IMG/VR virus record: IMGVR_UViG_3300025030_000042
Source: a virus
Taxonomy: Duplodnaviria > Caudoviricetes
Reading direction: 5' to 3' (one strand)
DNA length: 64,000 bases
Shown one piece after another: positions 1-10,445 of this stretch. Below the pieces are notes generated by a model. It saw only the letters and a list, made by a program, of their open reading frames with translations. It searched no databases and was not told where the DNA came from. How positions within the stretch are numbered: position 1 is the stretch's first letter; each line of letters begins with the position of its first letter. The translations under genes were made by a program, and so were the position numbers.

Positions 1-422
1 GATTCTTCGTTTAATGGTATTTTTGAATTTATACCATAAATTTCACTAGAACTAGCTTGATAATATTTTGATTCTGGTATTATTGTTTTATACGCATTCA
101 ACAACCTTAAGGTTCCCAAAACTATTCCATCGGCAGTATTTTCACTCAAATCAAAAGAAACCCTGACGTGGGACTGCGCAGCTAAATTATAAATTTCATC
201 TGGTTTATATAAGTTTAATAATTCATACATTCTTCCAGAGTCATTCAAATCAAAATATTCAAGTTTAAAATTTAAATTATTTAACAAATGATCTATTCTA
301 CAAGTATTTATTAAACTTGTTCTTCGCTTTAATCCAATAACAAAATATCCTTTATTAAGAAGGAACTCTGAAAGAAAACTTCCATCTTGACCACTAACAC
401 CAGTTATTAATGCGGTTTTCAT
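1..422 (-). CDS. gmd: GDP-mannose 4,6-dehydratase (5' part, runs off window)
   Basis: Manual translation: MKTALITGVSGQDGSFLSEFLLNKGY...EIYNLAAQSHVRVSF...QASSSEIYG; ATGA overlap with the upstream HNH stop. Confidence 0.93.
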   Translation of the reverse strand, partial: MKTALITGVSGQDGSFLSEFLLNKGYFVIGLKRRTSLINTCRIDHLLNNLNFKLEYFDLNDSGRMYELLNLYKPDEIYNLAAQSHVRVSFDLSENTADGIVLGTLRLLNAYKTIIPESKYYQASSSEIYGINSKIPLNEE

Positions 423-1147
423 ATTATTTTATCCTTCCAATTATAAAAATTTTCCACCAGCATTTTTACCCATTCTTTAAATTTTACAATTGTCATATCT
501 CTTTTGGATTTATTACATACCTCACAACAGGTAACACAATTATCTTTTGTATATCCCAAACTATTATTCACCCTATCTATTCCATTATATGTATATCCTC
601 CATAATTTCCATTAGAAGGTTTTCTATATGTAGAAGGAACGGATGAGCAATAAAAACAATTCGCATCAATAAAATCTTTAAATTCTTGTCTTGTTAAAGA
701 AAATTCTATATTTTTTCTTTCAGCAGCTTTTTTATATCCCAACATTATTCTATTTACAGTTCCTTCTCCAAAATCCATACGATTAAATCTATAACACCCA
801 CAACTTGTTGAATTTCCACTTATTATATTTGATGTTTTGATCCAAACTTCATTACCACAATCGCAAATACACAATACTTTATCATTGTCAAAAGTATCTG
901 TAACAAACAAATATTTAAATTTCTTATTTTTTACTTTTTCTCTTGAAATATCTCTTCTTTTACAATTATTTAAAGATTTTTTACACCCACAACTTTTTCT
1001 ACTACCTCTGTGCCTCACTAATTCCCCTGTTTTTATCCAAACTTCATTACTGCAATCGCAAATACACAACCTTTTTCCACTTTTCATTTCATTTGTAGCT
1101 ACAAGTTTATCAAATCTATTTCCCAATAAATCCATCATTTTTCCCAT
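419..1147 (-). mobile_element. Free-standing HNH homing endonuclease
   Basis: Two CxCDCxNEVWIK...SCGC repeats plus GIDRVNNSLGYTKDNCVTCCEVCNKSK HNH core; wedged between fcl and gmd. Confidence 0.85.
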
Positions 1148-2075
1148 TTATTCCTCTCAAATTTGGATAGTTACTTTCAAAATGTTCGCAAACTTCTTCA
1201 AGCACTTCTTTTAGAGGAGTATAATCTGTTTTCTTCCAGCCTGTCAATCCCAAAAACTTCTTGTTGCAAGATGGTTTTAAATATTGGCCGGTTGGTTGAG
1301 AAACATCCCAAATAATATTTTCTTTTCTAAAACCTAAAATATCGCAAATCATATTAACGACTTGCCTAATAGAATGTGACTGCGTATTACCAACATTTAA
1401 AGGATATTCGTAGTCATATTTTTCCAATATTAGTTTAATAATCTTTGCTATATCTTTTGAACTTGTAAACTCACGCCACGCAGAGCCATCGCCCCAAATA
1501 GTTGCCTTCGTATTATTCTTTTTTGCTTCATATATTTTTCTTATCAATGCTGGAACTACGTGTGATCCATTCAAATCATAGTTATCGTTTACTCCAACCA
1601 AATTGTTTGGAACTATCGTAACAAAGTTACATCCATATTGTTTACGATATGCTCTTGATTGAATATCCAAAGCGCGTTTAGCGTAAGCGTATCCAAAGTT
1701 AGAAATATGTGGCTCTCCTAAATGTATTTTATCTTCAGTTAGCGGATGTTCTATAATATCAGGAAATATACAACTTGACATTAGAGACACAACTTTTTTA
1801 ACATTATATCTTCTTGAATATTCAAGAACATTCGTATTCATTTTTATATTGTCGTAAAAAAACTCTCCAAGATGTTCTTGATTATTTTTAACTCCACCCA
1901 CTCTTGCCGCCAAATGAATAACACATTCTGGGCAATACTTTTTAAACATAGCGTTACACTCTTCTTCACTTCTTAAATCATATTGTGAAGATGAAACATA
2001 AATCGCTTCTGGATATATTTCTTTTAAAGCGGTGCCAAGCATACCAGAACCGCCGGTAGTTAAAATATTTTTCAT
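1116..2075 (-). CDS. fcl: GDP-L-fucose synthase
   Basis: TGGSGMLG, HLAARVGG, YAYAKR, PNNLVGVNDNYDLNGSHVVPALIRK. Confidence 0.93.
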   Translation of the reverse strand: MKNILTTGGSGMLGTALKEIYPEAIYVSSSQYDLRSEEECNAMFKKYCPECVIHLAARVGGVKNNQEHLGEFFYDNIKMNTNVLEYSRRYNVKKVVSLMSSCIFPDIIEHPLTEDKIHLGEPHISNFGYAYAKRALDIQSRAYRKQYGCNFVTIVPNNLVGVNDNYDLNGSHVVPALIRKIYEAKKNNTKATIWGDGSAWREFTSSKDIAKIIKLILEKYDYEYPLNVGNTQSHSIRQVVNMICDILGFRKENIIWDVSQPTGQYLKPSCNKKFLGLTGWKKTDYTPLKEVLEEVCEHFESNYPNLRGINGKNDGFIGK

Positions 2076-2779
2076 TTTTTACACCCACCGTGTAATCCAC
2101 ACTCTTTTTGCTCTGAAGGAGCCTCCCAGCGCCACCGACCACTTCTTATATGATCCCAACGACAGGTTTTGTTAGAACAACAAGCACATCCAATACTGGA
2201 ATAACCCTCATAAAATAAAGGATTTATTTCTATCTTATTTTCTTTTATATATTCCCAAACTTCTTCTTCTGTCCAGTCGGCAAGAGGATTTATTTTCTTT
2301 TTTCCCGGATTCACAAAATCGTCTTCAATATTTTTTAGGTTATTTCTTGTATCGGATTGTCCATTTCTTAGTCCAGTAATCCAAGCATCACAAGATTTTA
2401 ACGCTCTTTGAAGAGGTTCTACTTTTCTTATATGACAGCATTCTTTTCTATTTTCAACCGATTCTCTAAATCCATTTATTCCATACTGATTAACATATTT
2501 TTCAACATTTTGTGCTTCTGGAAAGAAGATTTTGAAATCAAGATTTTCTTTATATTCGTCTATAATAAAAGAAATATATTGATATGTTTCATTATGAAGA
2601 CGACCGGTATCAAGAATAACAACGCTATATTTTTCTGTTGTCTTTTGTCCTATTTTTGATATCATATCAAGAACAACCGTTCCTTCTAAACCCAGAGAAG
2701 TGACCAATGTTATTCTTTCTCTGTACTGATTTAAGATTTGTTCAAGAAACTTTGCTGTATTTAAAACTTTATTTTTCAT
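2072..2779 (-). CDS. cysH: APS/PAPS reductase (Fe-S cluster type)
   Basis: LDTGRLHNETY, ECCHIRKVEPL, WITGLR, SIGCACC, RSGRW, ECGLH. Confidence 0.92.
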   Translation of the reverse strand: MKNKVLNTAKFLEQILNQYRERITLVTSLGLEGTVVLDMISKIGQKTTEKYSVVILDTGRLHNETYQYISFIIDEYKENLDFKIFFPEAQNVEKYVNQYGINGFRESVENRKECCHIRKVEPLQRALKSCDAWITGLRNGQSDTRNNLKNIEDDFVNPGKKKINPLADWTEEEVWEYIKENKIEINPLFYEGYSSIGCACCSNKTCRWDHIRSGRWRWEAPSEQKECGLHGGCKK

Positions 2780-3224
2780 CTCTTTCTATTTTCCACTCTT
2801 CTTTATTACCGTCTTTATCATATTGTTCTCTATTTCCAAGAACGCGTAATCTGACATCATTTACTACAATATCCCCTTCTTTTAATCGTTTACTGTTTTT
2901 TTCTGTTATTATAGTTCCCGCGCCAATAACACACTTATCTGGAATGTTTGACCCAGCAAGAATAATCGCTCCCGCACCAACCCACACATCATTTCCAATA
3001 ACGGTGGGTATAGTTACAATACGATTAGTATTTTCTGCGTTCATAGTGGATTCAATACTTTTTATCACGTGTTCAGCACTGTGGACAATCACTCCAGGTC
3101 CAAATAGAGTGTTTTCTCCTATTGTTATACCACCTCTGGCATTAAACCAACAGTTATCATTATAGCCACTTCCTTTTCCCATTTTAAATCTTTCTGGGTA
3201 ATTAATCACTACATTTTTGCTCAT
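2769..3224 (-). CDS. Hexapeptide-repeat (LbH) acyltransferase
   Basis: GGITIGENTLFGPGVIVHSAEH; IGNDVWVGAGAIILAG. Confidence 0.88.
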   Translation of the reverse strand: MSKNVVINYPERFKMGKGSGYNDNCWFNARGGITIGENTLFGPGVIVHSAEHVIKSIESTMNAENTNRIVTIPTVIGNDVWVGAGAIILAGSNIPDKCVIGAGTIITEKNSKRLKEGDIVVNDVRLRVLGNREQYDKDGNKEEWKIERDEK

Positions 3225-3225
3225 T

Positions 3226-3915
3226 TTATTTTACCATCAGAAGTTCTGCCAATCGAAAATCAACTTCGGTATCAATATCTACGCTTCTTTCTCTCGACAT
3301 ATAATAACCTTTAATTTTCCCACCAAAAAAATGTCCTTCTTCAAGAAACATTTTTCTTTTACATCCATATAATGCCCCATTTGGTCTATATTTCTTTTCC
3401 CAATCTTGAGATCTTGTATTATTATTGGCAAATGGCTTATCGGGATTATTTTCAGTTACAAAGTTACCATCAAACCGTAAAGATAACTCTGGAGGAAACT
3501 CATAATCCGTGATAGACACCACCCCATCACAAGCATATAAGAGTTTTTTGGCGGCCCGAACATCTTCTTTTATTCGCAACGGACAAGTCGGTAATGCCAA
3601 CCAAACTTCAGCAAATCTATTATTATTTTCTATTTCCTCTTGAACATAATGCCAAACCGTATCAATAACTTTGCTCGTGTTTGTGGATAAATGTTCTGGT
3701 CTCTTTGAGATATTAAAATATTTTTGATACCCACTATGCTTTGTTGCGATATCCAAAATCTCATCGTCATCAGAAGTAAAAATAATCTTTTCAAACTCTC
3801 CACAAACAGCATCAAGCGTCCAATAAACAAGTGGTTGTCCAGATAGTTCTTTGATGTTTTTCTTTTTTAATCTCTGACTTCCACCTCTCGCCGGAACAAC
3901 AAGTAATCTTGACAT
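3226..3915 (-). CDS. neuA: Acylneuraminate cytidylyltransferase (CMP-nonulosonate synthetase)
   Basis: PARGGSQRLKKKN, PTCPLR, PNGALY, SVDIDTEVDF. Confidence 0.9.
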   Translation of the reverse strand: MSRLLVVPARGGSQRLKKKNIKELSGQPLVYWTLDAVCGEFEKIIFTSDDDEILDIATKHSGYQKYFNISKRPEHLSTNTSKVIDTVWHYVQEEIENNNRFAEVWLALPTCPLRIKEDVRAAKKLLYACDGVVSITDYEFPPELSLRFDGNFVTENNPDKPFANNNTRSQDWEKKYRPNGALYGCKRKMFLEEGHFFGGKIKGYYMSRERSVDIDTEVDFRLAELLMVK

Positions 3916-4802
3916 TATTCCTCCCCTATTGCTATGCGATAAAGATATTCGGAATATTTATTTTTACCCAATCCTTCAGAAAGTTTTATTAGTTGCTCTT
4001 TATTTATCCAGCCTTTATTGAAGGCAATCTCTTCAATACAAGATATCATAAGTCCTTGCCGACTTTGAACAGTATATACGAAAGTTGAACTCTCCAATAA
4101 ACTATCATATGTTCCAGAATCAAAATAAGTATATCCTCGTCCCATTTGAACGAGTTCAAGTCTATTTTCTTCAAGATATTTATTGTTTACTGAAGTTATT
4201 TCAAGTTCTCCGCGTTCGGATGGTTCAATATTTTTCGCTACACTTACAACATCTGAATCATACATATAAAGACCAACTACAGCATAGTTGGATTTTGGCT
4301 TTTTTGGTTTTTCTTCAATACTGGATATTTTCCCATTTCTTTTATCTATTTTGACCACACCATATCTTTCCGGATTGTTGACACGATACGAAAATATCAC
4401 TCCATTCCTTTTATTTTTTACAACTTCTATACCCTTTTTTAAAACATCTTCCGATATATCCGCCCCATAAAAAATATTGTCTCCCAAAATAAGACAAACA
4501 TCATCATTTTTTATAAAATCTTCTGCTACAACAAAAGCATCCGCTATACCACGAGGAGCAGTTTGTATGGCATATGAAATATTTATTCCAAGATGTTTTC
4601 CATCTTTCAAAAGTTTTTGAAACTGTTCTTTATCTTCTGGATTACATATAATCAATACATCTTTGATATCCGCCAGCATTAGTGTTGAAAGAGGATAATA
4701 GACCATCGGTTTATCGTAAACCGATAATAAAGATTTCGTTGTTGTTTTGGTTATTGGATACAACCTTGTACCTCTGCCGCCGGCTAAAATAATACCTTTC
4801 AT
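3915..4802 (-). CDS. rfbA: Glucose-1-phosphate thymidylyltransferase
   Basis: MKGIILAGGRGTRLYP, YDKPMVYYPLS, LILGDNIFYG, PSERGELEIT. Confidence 0.95.
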   Translation of the reverse strand: MKGIILAGGRGTRLYPITKTTTKSLLSVYDKPMVYYPLSTLMLADIKDVLIICNPEDKEQFQKLLKDGKHLGINISYAIQTAPRGIADAFVVAEDFIKNDDVCLILGDNIFYGADISEDVLKKGIEVVKNKRNGVIFSYRVNNPERYGVVKIDKRNGKISSIEEKPKKPKSNYAVVGLYMYDSDVVSVAKNIEPSERGELEITSVNNKYLEENRLELVQMGRGYTYFDSGTYDSLLESSTFVYTVQSRQGLMISCIEEIAFNKGWINKEQLIKLSEGLGKNKYSEYLYRIAIGEE

Positions 4803-5761
4803 AAGCTATTTAAAAAACTCCTCATTTTTTCTATCCTATCATCATTTTCGGGCAGTTTTTTTTCTTTATCAATATGATATTTAAGTATTTGTTTTTCTTC
4901 GGGTATTTTAAGCATATATGATTTTCTAAATGATTTTTTTATCTGTTCTATGCCGTTCTCATCTTTAAAGTTTGACGCAACAGAAACAGCGTCCACCATT
5001 TTTCTGAAGTTTTCGGTCCAATCTGTTTGTGTAATCCATTTATTTTGAGGCGGGAAATGTTCTTCTATACCCTTTATTCTCTCCGACCCTTCACCGTGAT
5101 AGATAAAATCTATATCATTTAATCTTATGCTGTTTCCCCACACGACACTCAAATAATCTATTATCTGTCCCGTAAATCTGAAGTTAGTTGGATCTGCTAT
5201 AGAAAGCAAACCGAAACTTTTTATAGCATCCGTTGTTCTCATTACATTATGCCAGTTAGAATGTGGACCCTTTGATTGTTCTATTATTCTCTCCTCACTA
5301 GATAAGCCAACAATAGAGCATAAATAAGTCCCATAAATATTTTCATATAACTTTTGTGGATTATTATTATAAAATCTTTTAACACTCCCGCGCGCCGAGG
5401 ACATATTTAAATGATTTTCTAAATATCCTACAATATATAATATTCCATTTGTAGTGAAATAATCATCATTATCAATAATAACACAATATTCTGTTCTAAT
5501 ACTTTTAACAGTTTCAAACATTTTATTATGAAAATCTGTTAAAGTGGAATCATAAGGAAACTTTCTATACTCACAGTTTACATTTGTGTAATGTAATAGC
5601 TCTCGACTTAAATCTTTATCCCCACCATCGGCAAATATAATCTTTATTGGATTTCCTAAGTATTCAAGATCCTTTGATAATAAATCTAAAAATCTAAAAG
5701 TGCATTGTTCTCTTCCTTTAAGTGGAACAATAATGGTTATTTTTTCGTAAAGTTCTTTCAT
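4799..5761 (-). CDS. GT2-like (TIGR00180-type) glycosyltransferase
   Basis: ITIIVPLKGR, IFADGG, IIDNDDYF (DxD region). Confidence 0.7.
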   Translation of the reverse strand: MKELYEKITIIVPLKGREQCTFRFLDLLSKDLEYLGNPIKIIFADGGDKDLSRELLHYTNVNCEYRKFPYDSTLTDFHNKMFETVKSIRTEYCVIIDNDDYFTTNGILYIVGYLENHLNMSSARGSVKRFYNNNPQKLYENIYGTYLCSIVGLSSEERIIEQSKGPHSNWHNVMRTTDAIKSFGLLSIADPTNFRFTGQIIDYLSVVWGNSIRLNDIDFIYHGEGSERIKGIEEHFPPQNKWITQTDWTENFRKMVDAVSVASNFKDENGIEQIKKSFRKSYMLKIPEEKQILKYHIDKEKKLPENDDRIEKMRSFLNSL

Positions 5762-6502
5762 TTATTTTATTCTTCTAATATATCCATCGGGTTGACACGA
5801 TAATAATAACTTATTCTGTATATCCGTGTCAATTTCAAAGTTTGTATTTTCTTTTAAAAACTGTTGTAATGCTGTCCTTGGATTATTTCCCTTTCCCCAA
5901 GGTCTTTCGCGAGATGTCTTATCGTCCTCAAAATCTTCAATAATCGTATCACAAACGACAATATAATCGCCAACATTTAAAAACTGGGAATATAGTTTAA
6001 GTTCTTGATACACATGCTCGTGTGTGTGATTGCTATCAAGGATTATAAACGTAGAATCCCCGAACTTATATTTTTTAACGAGTTCAAGAACATCATTACT
6101 TACAGAATCTCCCTCTATAAAACACAAATCGCAGTTTCCTTTGTTTTTGTTTTCCACTCTTTTCTTTAAATCTTCTGGAATATATTTATCAATAGCAATA
6201 ACGAGTCCCGTTCTCTTCAAATGAGAAATAAAAAGAGATGTTCCAGCCCAACAAACACCCACTTCTATGATTGTTGTTGGTTTTGTTTTATATATTATTT
6301 CTTGTATCGCAAACAAATCTTGTGGCAGTTGAAGAGATGGTTCTCCGGCAAATGTCGTTTGATGAATCCAATGATATGAATCTGCTTTTTGAAGTATTTT
6401 GCTCATTTGATTAATAAGTTTTTTATCAAGAAACATCCTTTTTGCTTCTTCTTTTCTCATATGTTCAAACTCTTCGCGTGTATACATTTTATTCCTCTTC
6501 AA
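5762..6502 (-). CDS. CmcI/cephalosporin hydroxylase-family sugar O-methyltransferase
   Basis: QLPQDLFAIQEII, IIEVGVCWAGT, ILDSNHTHEHV, RPWGKGNNP. Confidence 0.88.
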   Translation of the reverse strand: MKRNKMYTREEFEHMRKEEAKRMFLDKKLINQMSKILQKADSYHWIHQTTFAGEPSLQLPQDLFAIQEIIYKTKPTTIIEVGVCWAGTSLFISHLKRTGLVIAIDKYIPEDLKKRVENKNKGNCDLCFIEGDSVSNDVLELVKKYKFGDSTFIILDSNHTHEHVYQELKLYSQFLNVGDYIVVCDTIIEDFEDDKTSRERPWGKGNNPRTALQQFLKENTNFEIDTDIQNKLLLSCQPDGYIRRIK

Positions 6503-7415
6503 AAAGTCTCTTTATTTCGTCCATTTCTTTTTTGTAGTTAAAATAAGAAGTTATAAATTTCACATCTCCGCACAATCCATTATAGTTCTTATAATGATTT
6601 TCTAATAGAGATTTAATAAAATTTTGTATTTCAAATTTATTATATTTTACATCCATTTTTCCCATCAGAAAAGAACCTAGTGGTTCTAAAAATTCTGGCG
6701 TAAAAGAGATACTTGGATCAAATTCAAAATTTAACTCTCTTTTAATATCTTCTCTTTCTATTAAATGTTCTTCTATACCGGAACTAATCATATATGGAGT
6801 TAATAATTTTTCCAAACGACCATTTATACAACACAAAAAAACAAATAATCTATCGGCAAACAAGATAGAATCAATTTTTGGATTTTTCTTTAAAAATTCA
6901 AAATAAAATCTATACATTTCAGATCTTAAAACGGAATGTTGACGAGCATGATAAAAATCAAAATAATATAATAATCTTGAAAATATTCTATCGGTTTTTA
7001 AAGGATTTTGTATTTGGTTATTAACCGCCTTAATATAATTCGTTTTAATGGTTAAATCTTTTTTTTGAATGTGATATTTAAAATATTCTCCATCGCAAGA
7101 AATACATTTAGGATCTTGTCTCATGTGCTCCAAACACTTAATAATACCGTCTTTAAAAATAATATCATCATCCGGACACTCTACAATATAATTTGTATTT
7201 ACCATTTGAGCAATAATATTCATTTTGTCAAAATATTTCATAGATCCGAAATAGATATATTCGAATCCAGATGGAACTAAATCTTTATACTCCTCCTTTG
7301 AACTGTCACAAATAATCTTACGACATTCAAAATCAGAATAATATTTAAATATTCTTTTTAAATTATAGTGACGATCGCGGACTGGAACAATAAGAGTTAG
7401 ATCGTTTATTTTCAT
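6489..7415 (-). CDS. GT2-like (TIGR00180-type) glycosyltransferase
   Basis: LTLIVPVRDRH, IICDSS, ECPDDDII. Confidence 0.7.
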   Translation of the reverse strand: MKINDLTLIVPVRDRHYNLKRIFKYYSDFECRKIICDSSKEEYKDLVPSGFEYIYFGSMKYFDKMNIIAQMVNTNYIVECPDDDIIFKDGIIKCLEHMRQDPKCISCDGEYFKYHIQKKDLTIKTNYIKAVNNQIQNPLKTDRIFSRLLYYFDFYHARQHSVLRSEMYRFYFEFLKKNPKIDSILFADRLFVFLCCINGRLEKLLTPYMISSGIEEHLIEREDIKRELNFEFDPSISFTPEFLEPLGSFLMGKMDVKYNKFEIQNFIKSLLENHYKNYNGLCGDVKFITSYFNYKKEMDEIKRLFEEE

Positions 7416-7419
7416 ATAT

Positions 7420-8547
7420 TTAATGTTTTATGTGAGTTAAATAAGACTTAATACAATCACATATATATTTTTGTTGTCCTCGTGTCAAACTGAAGGAGCA
7501 CGGAAGGTTAATGCCACGATTAGAAATATCATAAGCGACTTTATTTTTGTCTTTATATTGTTCCGATAGACTAAACGCTGGTAGAGAAGAAACTGGATAA
7601 AAGAACCTTCTTGCGGGAACATTCATATCGTTTAAGAAGTTTAATAACTTTTCAATGTTTATTTTTTGTAACTCCCCAAATAAAACCGTAGTCACCCAAG
7701 CAGAGTTATAAGTTTGTTCATCTTCATAATTAAAATATATATCATCAATGCTTGAAAGTTGTTCTTTATAATATTCAAACTGTTCTCTCTTGATATGAAG
7801 CAAAAGATCTATTTTTTCAAGTTGTGCACAAGCTAACGCACCTTGAATATTTGTTGGCATAAACTTTAATGAAACCAAATCATTAAAATATGGCTTTGTT
7901 GAATGTCCTCGTCCCAAATCTCTCAACATATAGCACTTATCATAAACCTCTTTATTATCTGTCAATAGTGCGCCACCCTCCAAAGTCGCCAAAGTTTTCG
8001 TCCGATGTAAGGAAAAAACCGACACATCTCCAAATGTCCCACATTGTCTTCCATTTAGTTTTGAACCCAATGCTTCAGCGCCATCTTGTATCAAAAATAG
8101 ATTATATTTTTTTGCTATATCCTCAAGTCTACTCCAGTTCGACATATTACCATAAATGTCCACCACTATAACCGCACGAGTCTTATCGGTTATATTTTTT
8201 TCTACTTCTTTTGGAGATATACACCAAGTTTGTTTATCAACATCTACAAAAACTGGCTTTGCTCCTAAAACCGATGTTGGAAAAACAGAAGCAGCCCAAG
8301 TAAAATCTGGAACTATTACTTCATCTCCTTGTTTTATATTTTGTGATTGCTGTGATATATATAAAGCACTCGTGCAGGAGGGTAAAAGAAGACAATATTT
8401 TCTTCCTATGTATTGGGCAAAATCTTTTTCAAACTTCTCTACGAAATAATATTTTTTAGATCCCTCAACATTTTTCAAAGCCTCGGTAACATATTCTATT
8501 TCCAGATTATCATAATACGGACCAGAAAAATCAGTTATTTTGTTCAT
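7420..8547 (-). CDS. DegT/DnrJ/EryC1/StrS PLP aminotransferase (perosamine synthase-like)
   Basis: EKFEKDFAQY, SCTSAL, QDGAEALGS, SLHRTKTLATLEGG. Confidence 0.92.
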   Translation of the reverse strand: MNKITDFSGPYYDNLEIEYVTEALKNVEGSKKYYFVEKFEKDFAQYIGRKYCLLLPSCTSALYISQQSQNIKQGDEVIVPDFTWAASVFPTSVLGAKPVFVDVDKQTWCISPKEVEKNITDKTRAVIVVDIYGNMSNWSRLEDIAKKYNLFLIQDGAEALGSKLNGRQCGTFGDVSVFSLHRTKTLATLEGGALLTDNKEVYDKCYMLRDLGRGHSTKPYFNDLVSLKFMPTNIQGALACAQLEKIDLLLHIKREQFEYYKEQLSSIDDIYFNYEDEQTYNSAWVTTVLFGELQKINIEKLLNFLNDMNVPARRFFYPVSSLPAFSLSEQYKDKNKVAYDISNRGINLPCSFSLTRGQQKYICDCIKSYLTHIKH

Positions 8548-8843
8548 TTCTCATCCTTCTTTAAATAATCAACACAAACATCTCTCAATCTTTTAACTTC
8601 TTTTGGAGACAACAGAAATTCATCCCAGTGACCATATTTACTAGTCTTTCCAAAAATATATTTTATTCCCGCCCATAACCTCTTGAAAAATGTTTTTTCT
8701 CTTAAAGAAACAATAACATACATATAATCATCATTTTCATTGTGATCATTAAAATATGATATACGAAAAGTGTGATCGAAATCCGAACAATCACAAGTAA
8801 AATACTCCATTTTCATCATTTCATCTGTAAACGACATTGGCAT
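8544..8843 (-). CDS. Hypothetical phage protein
   Basis: Coupled ORF; YFTCDCSDFDH motif. Confidence 0.6.
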   Translation of the reverse strand: MPMSFTDEMMKMEYFTCDCSDFDHTFRISYFNDHNENDDYMYVIVSLREKTFFKRLWAGIKYIFGKTSKYGHWDEFLLSPKEVKRLRDVCVDYLKKDEK

Positions 8844-9039
8844 ATTCCAAAAACTCCCGTGAAAAAAAATAATTTCTCCAATATGGCGTTGAATAAAAAT
8901 TAGGTACTTTAATCCAAAAAATTTTATATCTTTTTATTCTATCTAACTTACGTATTTTATATATTACTCCCAAAGAAAAATTAGTTTTATTATCACCCCT
9001 ATATGTTACCAAATCACCAATGAAAAACTCTTCACACAT
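8821..9039 (-). CDS. KOW/SH3-like microprotein (KVGDL family)
   Basis: FFIGDLVTY...LGVIYKI. Confidence 0.65.
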   Translation of the reverse strand: MCEEFFIGDLVTYRGDNKTNFSLGVIYKIRKLDRIKRYKIFWIKVPNFYSTPYWRNYFFSREFLEYANVVYR

Positions 9040-9697
9040 ATTTATTCTTTCTCAAAAATCTTGCTGGATTTCCTACCCATATCTCTCCGTCTGGAATATC
9101 TTTTAAAGCTACAGAACCGGCGCCAACTATAGAATCCGCTCCAATATTTATATTTTGTCTTACCGTCGCATTTGCCCCAATCCAAGTATGCTTACCTACT
9201 TTTACATTTCCGCACAAAACCGCTCGTGGACCAATCTCCACACCATCTTCCAAAATACAATTGTGTTCCACAAGACATCCGGTATTCAAAATATTCCAAT
9301 CGCCAACTTTCGCTTGTTCGTTAACAATAACTCCCGGATGTATTTGTGTTCCTTTTCCGAGGAGTGAAAAAACAATAGCAGATTTGTGTTGAACTGTCAA
9401 TGGAGAAATATTATATTTTTGTTCAAAAAGTTCTGAAAGTTCTATTCGTCTTTTGGCGTTTGGATTTCCTATGGTAACAACAAAACCGCCCAACATAATA
9501 AAGACTTTTCTTTTTTTTCTATCCCATTCTTCTATTGTTTTATAAAAATCACAAGGAAACTTTGGTTTATTTCCATATTCATCAATAATCTGAAATGATG
9601 GATTTCCATATTCTTCTTCATCATTAACTATAATAGAATGAATAACGGTCGCTTGTCCCGTTCCGCCAAATAATAATATACTATATGGTCTACTCAT
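9032..9697 (-). CDS. NeuD/PglD-like sugar O/N-acetyltransferase
   Basis: TIGNPNAKRR, hexapeptide repeats, LNTGCLVEHNC, WVGNPAR. Confidence 0.9.
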   Translation of the reverse strand: MSRPYSILLFGGTGQATVIHSIIVNDEEEYGNPSFQIIDEYGNKPKFPCDFYKTIEEWDRKKRKVFIMLGGFVVTIGNPNAKRRIELSELFEQKYNISPLTVQHKSAIVFSLLGKGTQIHPGVIVNEQAKVGDWNILNTGCLVEHNCILEDGVEIGPRAVLCGNVKVGKHTWIGANATVRQNINIGADSIVGAGSVALKDIPDGEIWVGNPARFLRKNKYV

Positions 9698-10445
9698 TTA
9701 CTTCCTCTTCTATTTTGATGCTTACTTGATATTTTTTGCCATCCTTATAAAAAAAAGATTTATTTCCAGGAACAGTCCTGGCTCTCATAATATTTATTAA
9801 ATCCACCGCCTTATATTCTTTATCAAGTTTTATTTCAGAATGTTGATCGAGTTCTTTCGCATAATGAAAAGTTCCATGTGAAGTATCTACTAGAGTTAGT
9901 GTATATTTTCCTTCCAATATATTTTTATATTGCCGGCAAAATAAATCTATCATTGTTTCAGCGCATTTATTATAAAGTTGTTCTCCATTTGTTGTTATAT
10001 CTTTTTGAATTTTCTGCTGAAATAATATTTGTCCACGATCGATCTTATCGTCAATAAAATGAATAGTGACACCAGAAGGAGAATCTTCAACTATATCCCA
10101 AAACCAATAATTACGCCCGCGAGAATATGGAATATATGAAGGATGTAGATTTATAACCCCTATTTTCATATATTCTATTACTCGTTGTTTTAAAATTGTC
10201 GGATACCATAAAAGAAAAAGTATATCAATATTTAATGATTTTAAGTATAAAACAAACTCTTTCCCGTTTATATCAATACCGCAAAAATATTCAATATTAG
10301 AATAATAGCAAAAATCTTTTATTTTATCTCTATATCCTTCATCCTTTTCATTTCCAATAACAAAAGATATTTTTCGTTCTTCCTGTCCCATAAATCTTAA
10401 AAGTTCATACCCAACATAATTGGAAGCACAAACGCCAATGTTCAT
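9690..10445 (-). CDS. NDP-amino-sugar N-formyltransferase
   Basis: INLHPSYIPYSRG, GVTIHFIDDKIDRG, NIMRART. Confidence 0.88.
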   Translation of the reverse strand: MNIGVCASNYVGYELLRFMGQEERKISFVIGNEKDEGYRDKIKDFCYYSNIEYFCGIDINGKEFVLYLKSLNIDILFLLWYPTILKQRVIEYMKIGVINLHPSYIPYSRGRNYWFWDIVEDSPSGVTIHFIDDKIDRGQILFQQKIQKDITTNGEQLYNKCAETMIDLFCRQYKNILEGKYTLTLVDTSHGTFHYAKELDQHSEIKLDKEYKAVDLINIMRARTVPGNKSFFYKDGKKYQVSIKIEEEVNE

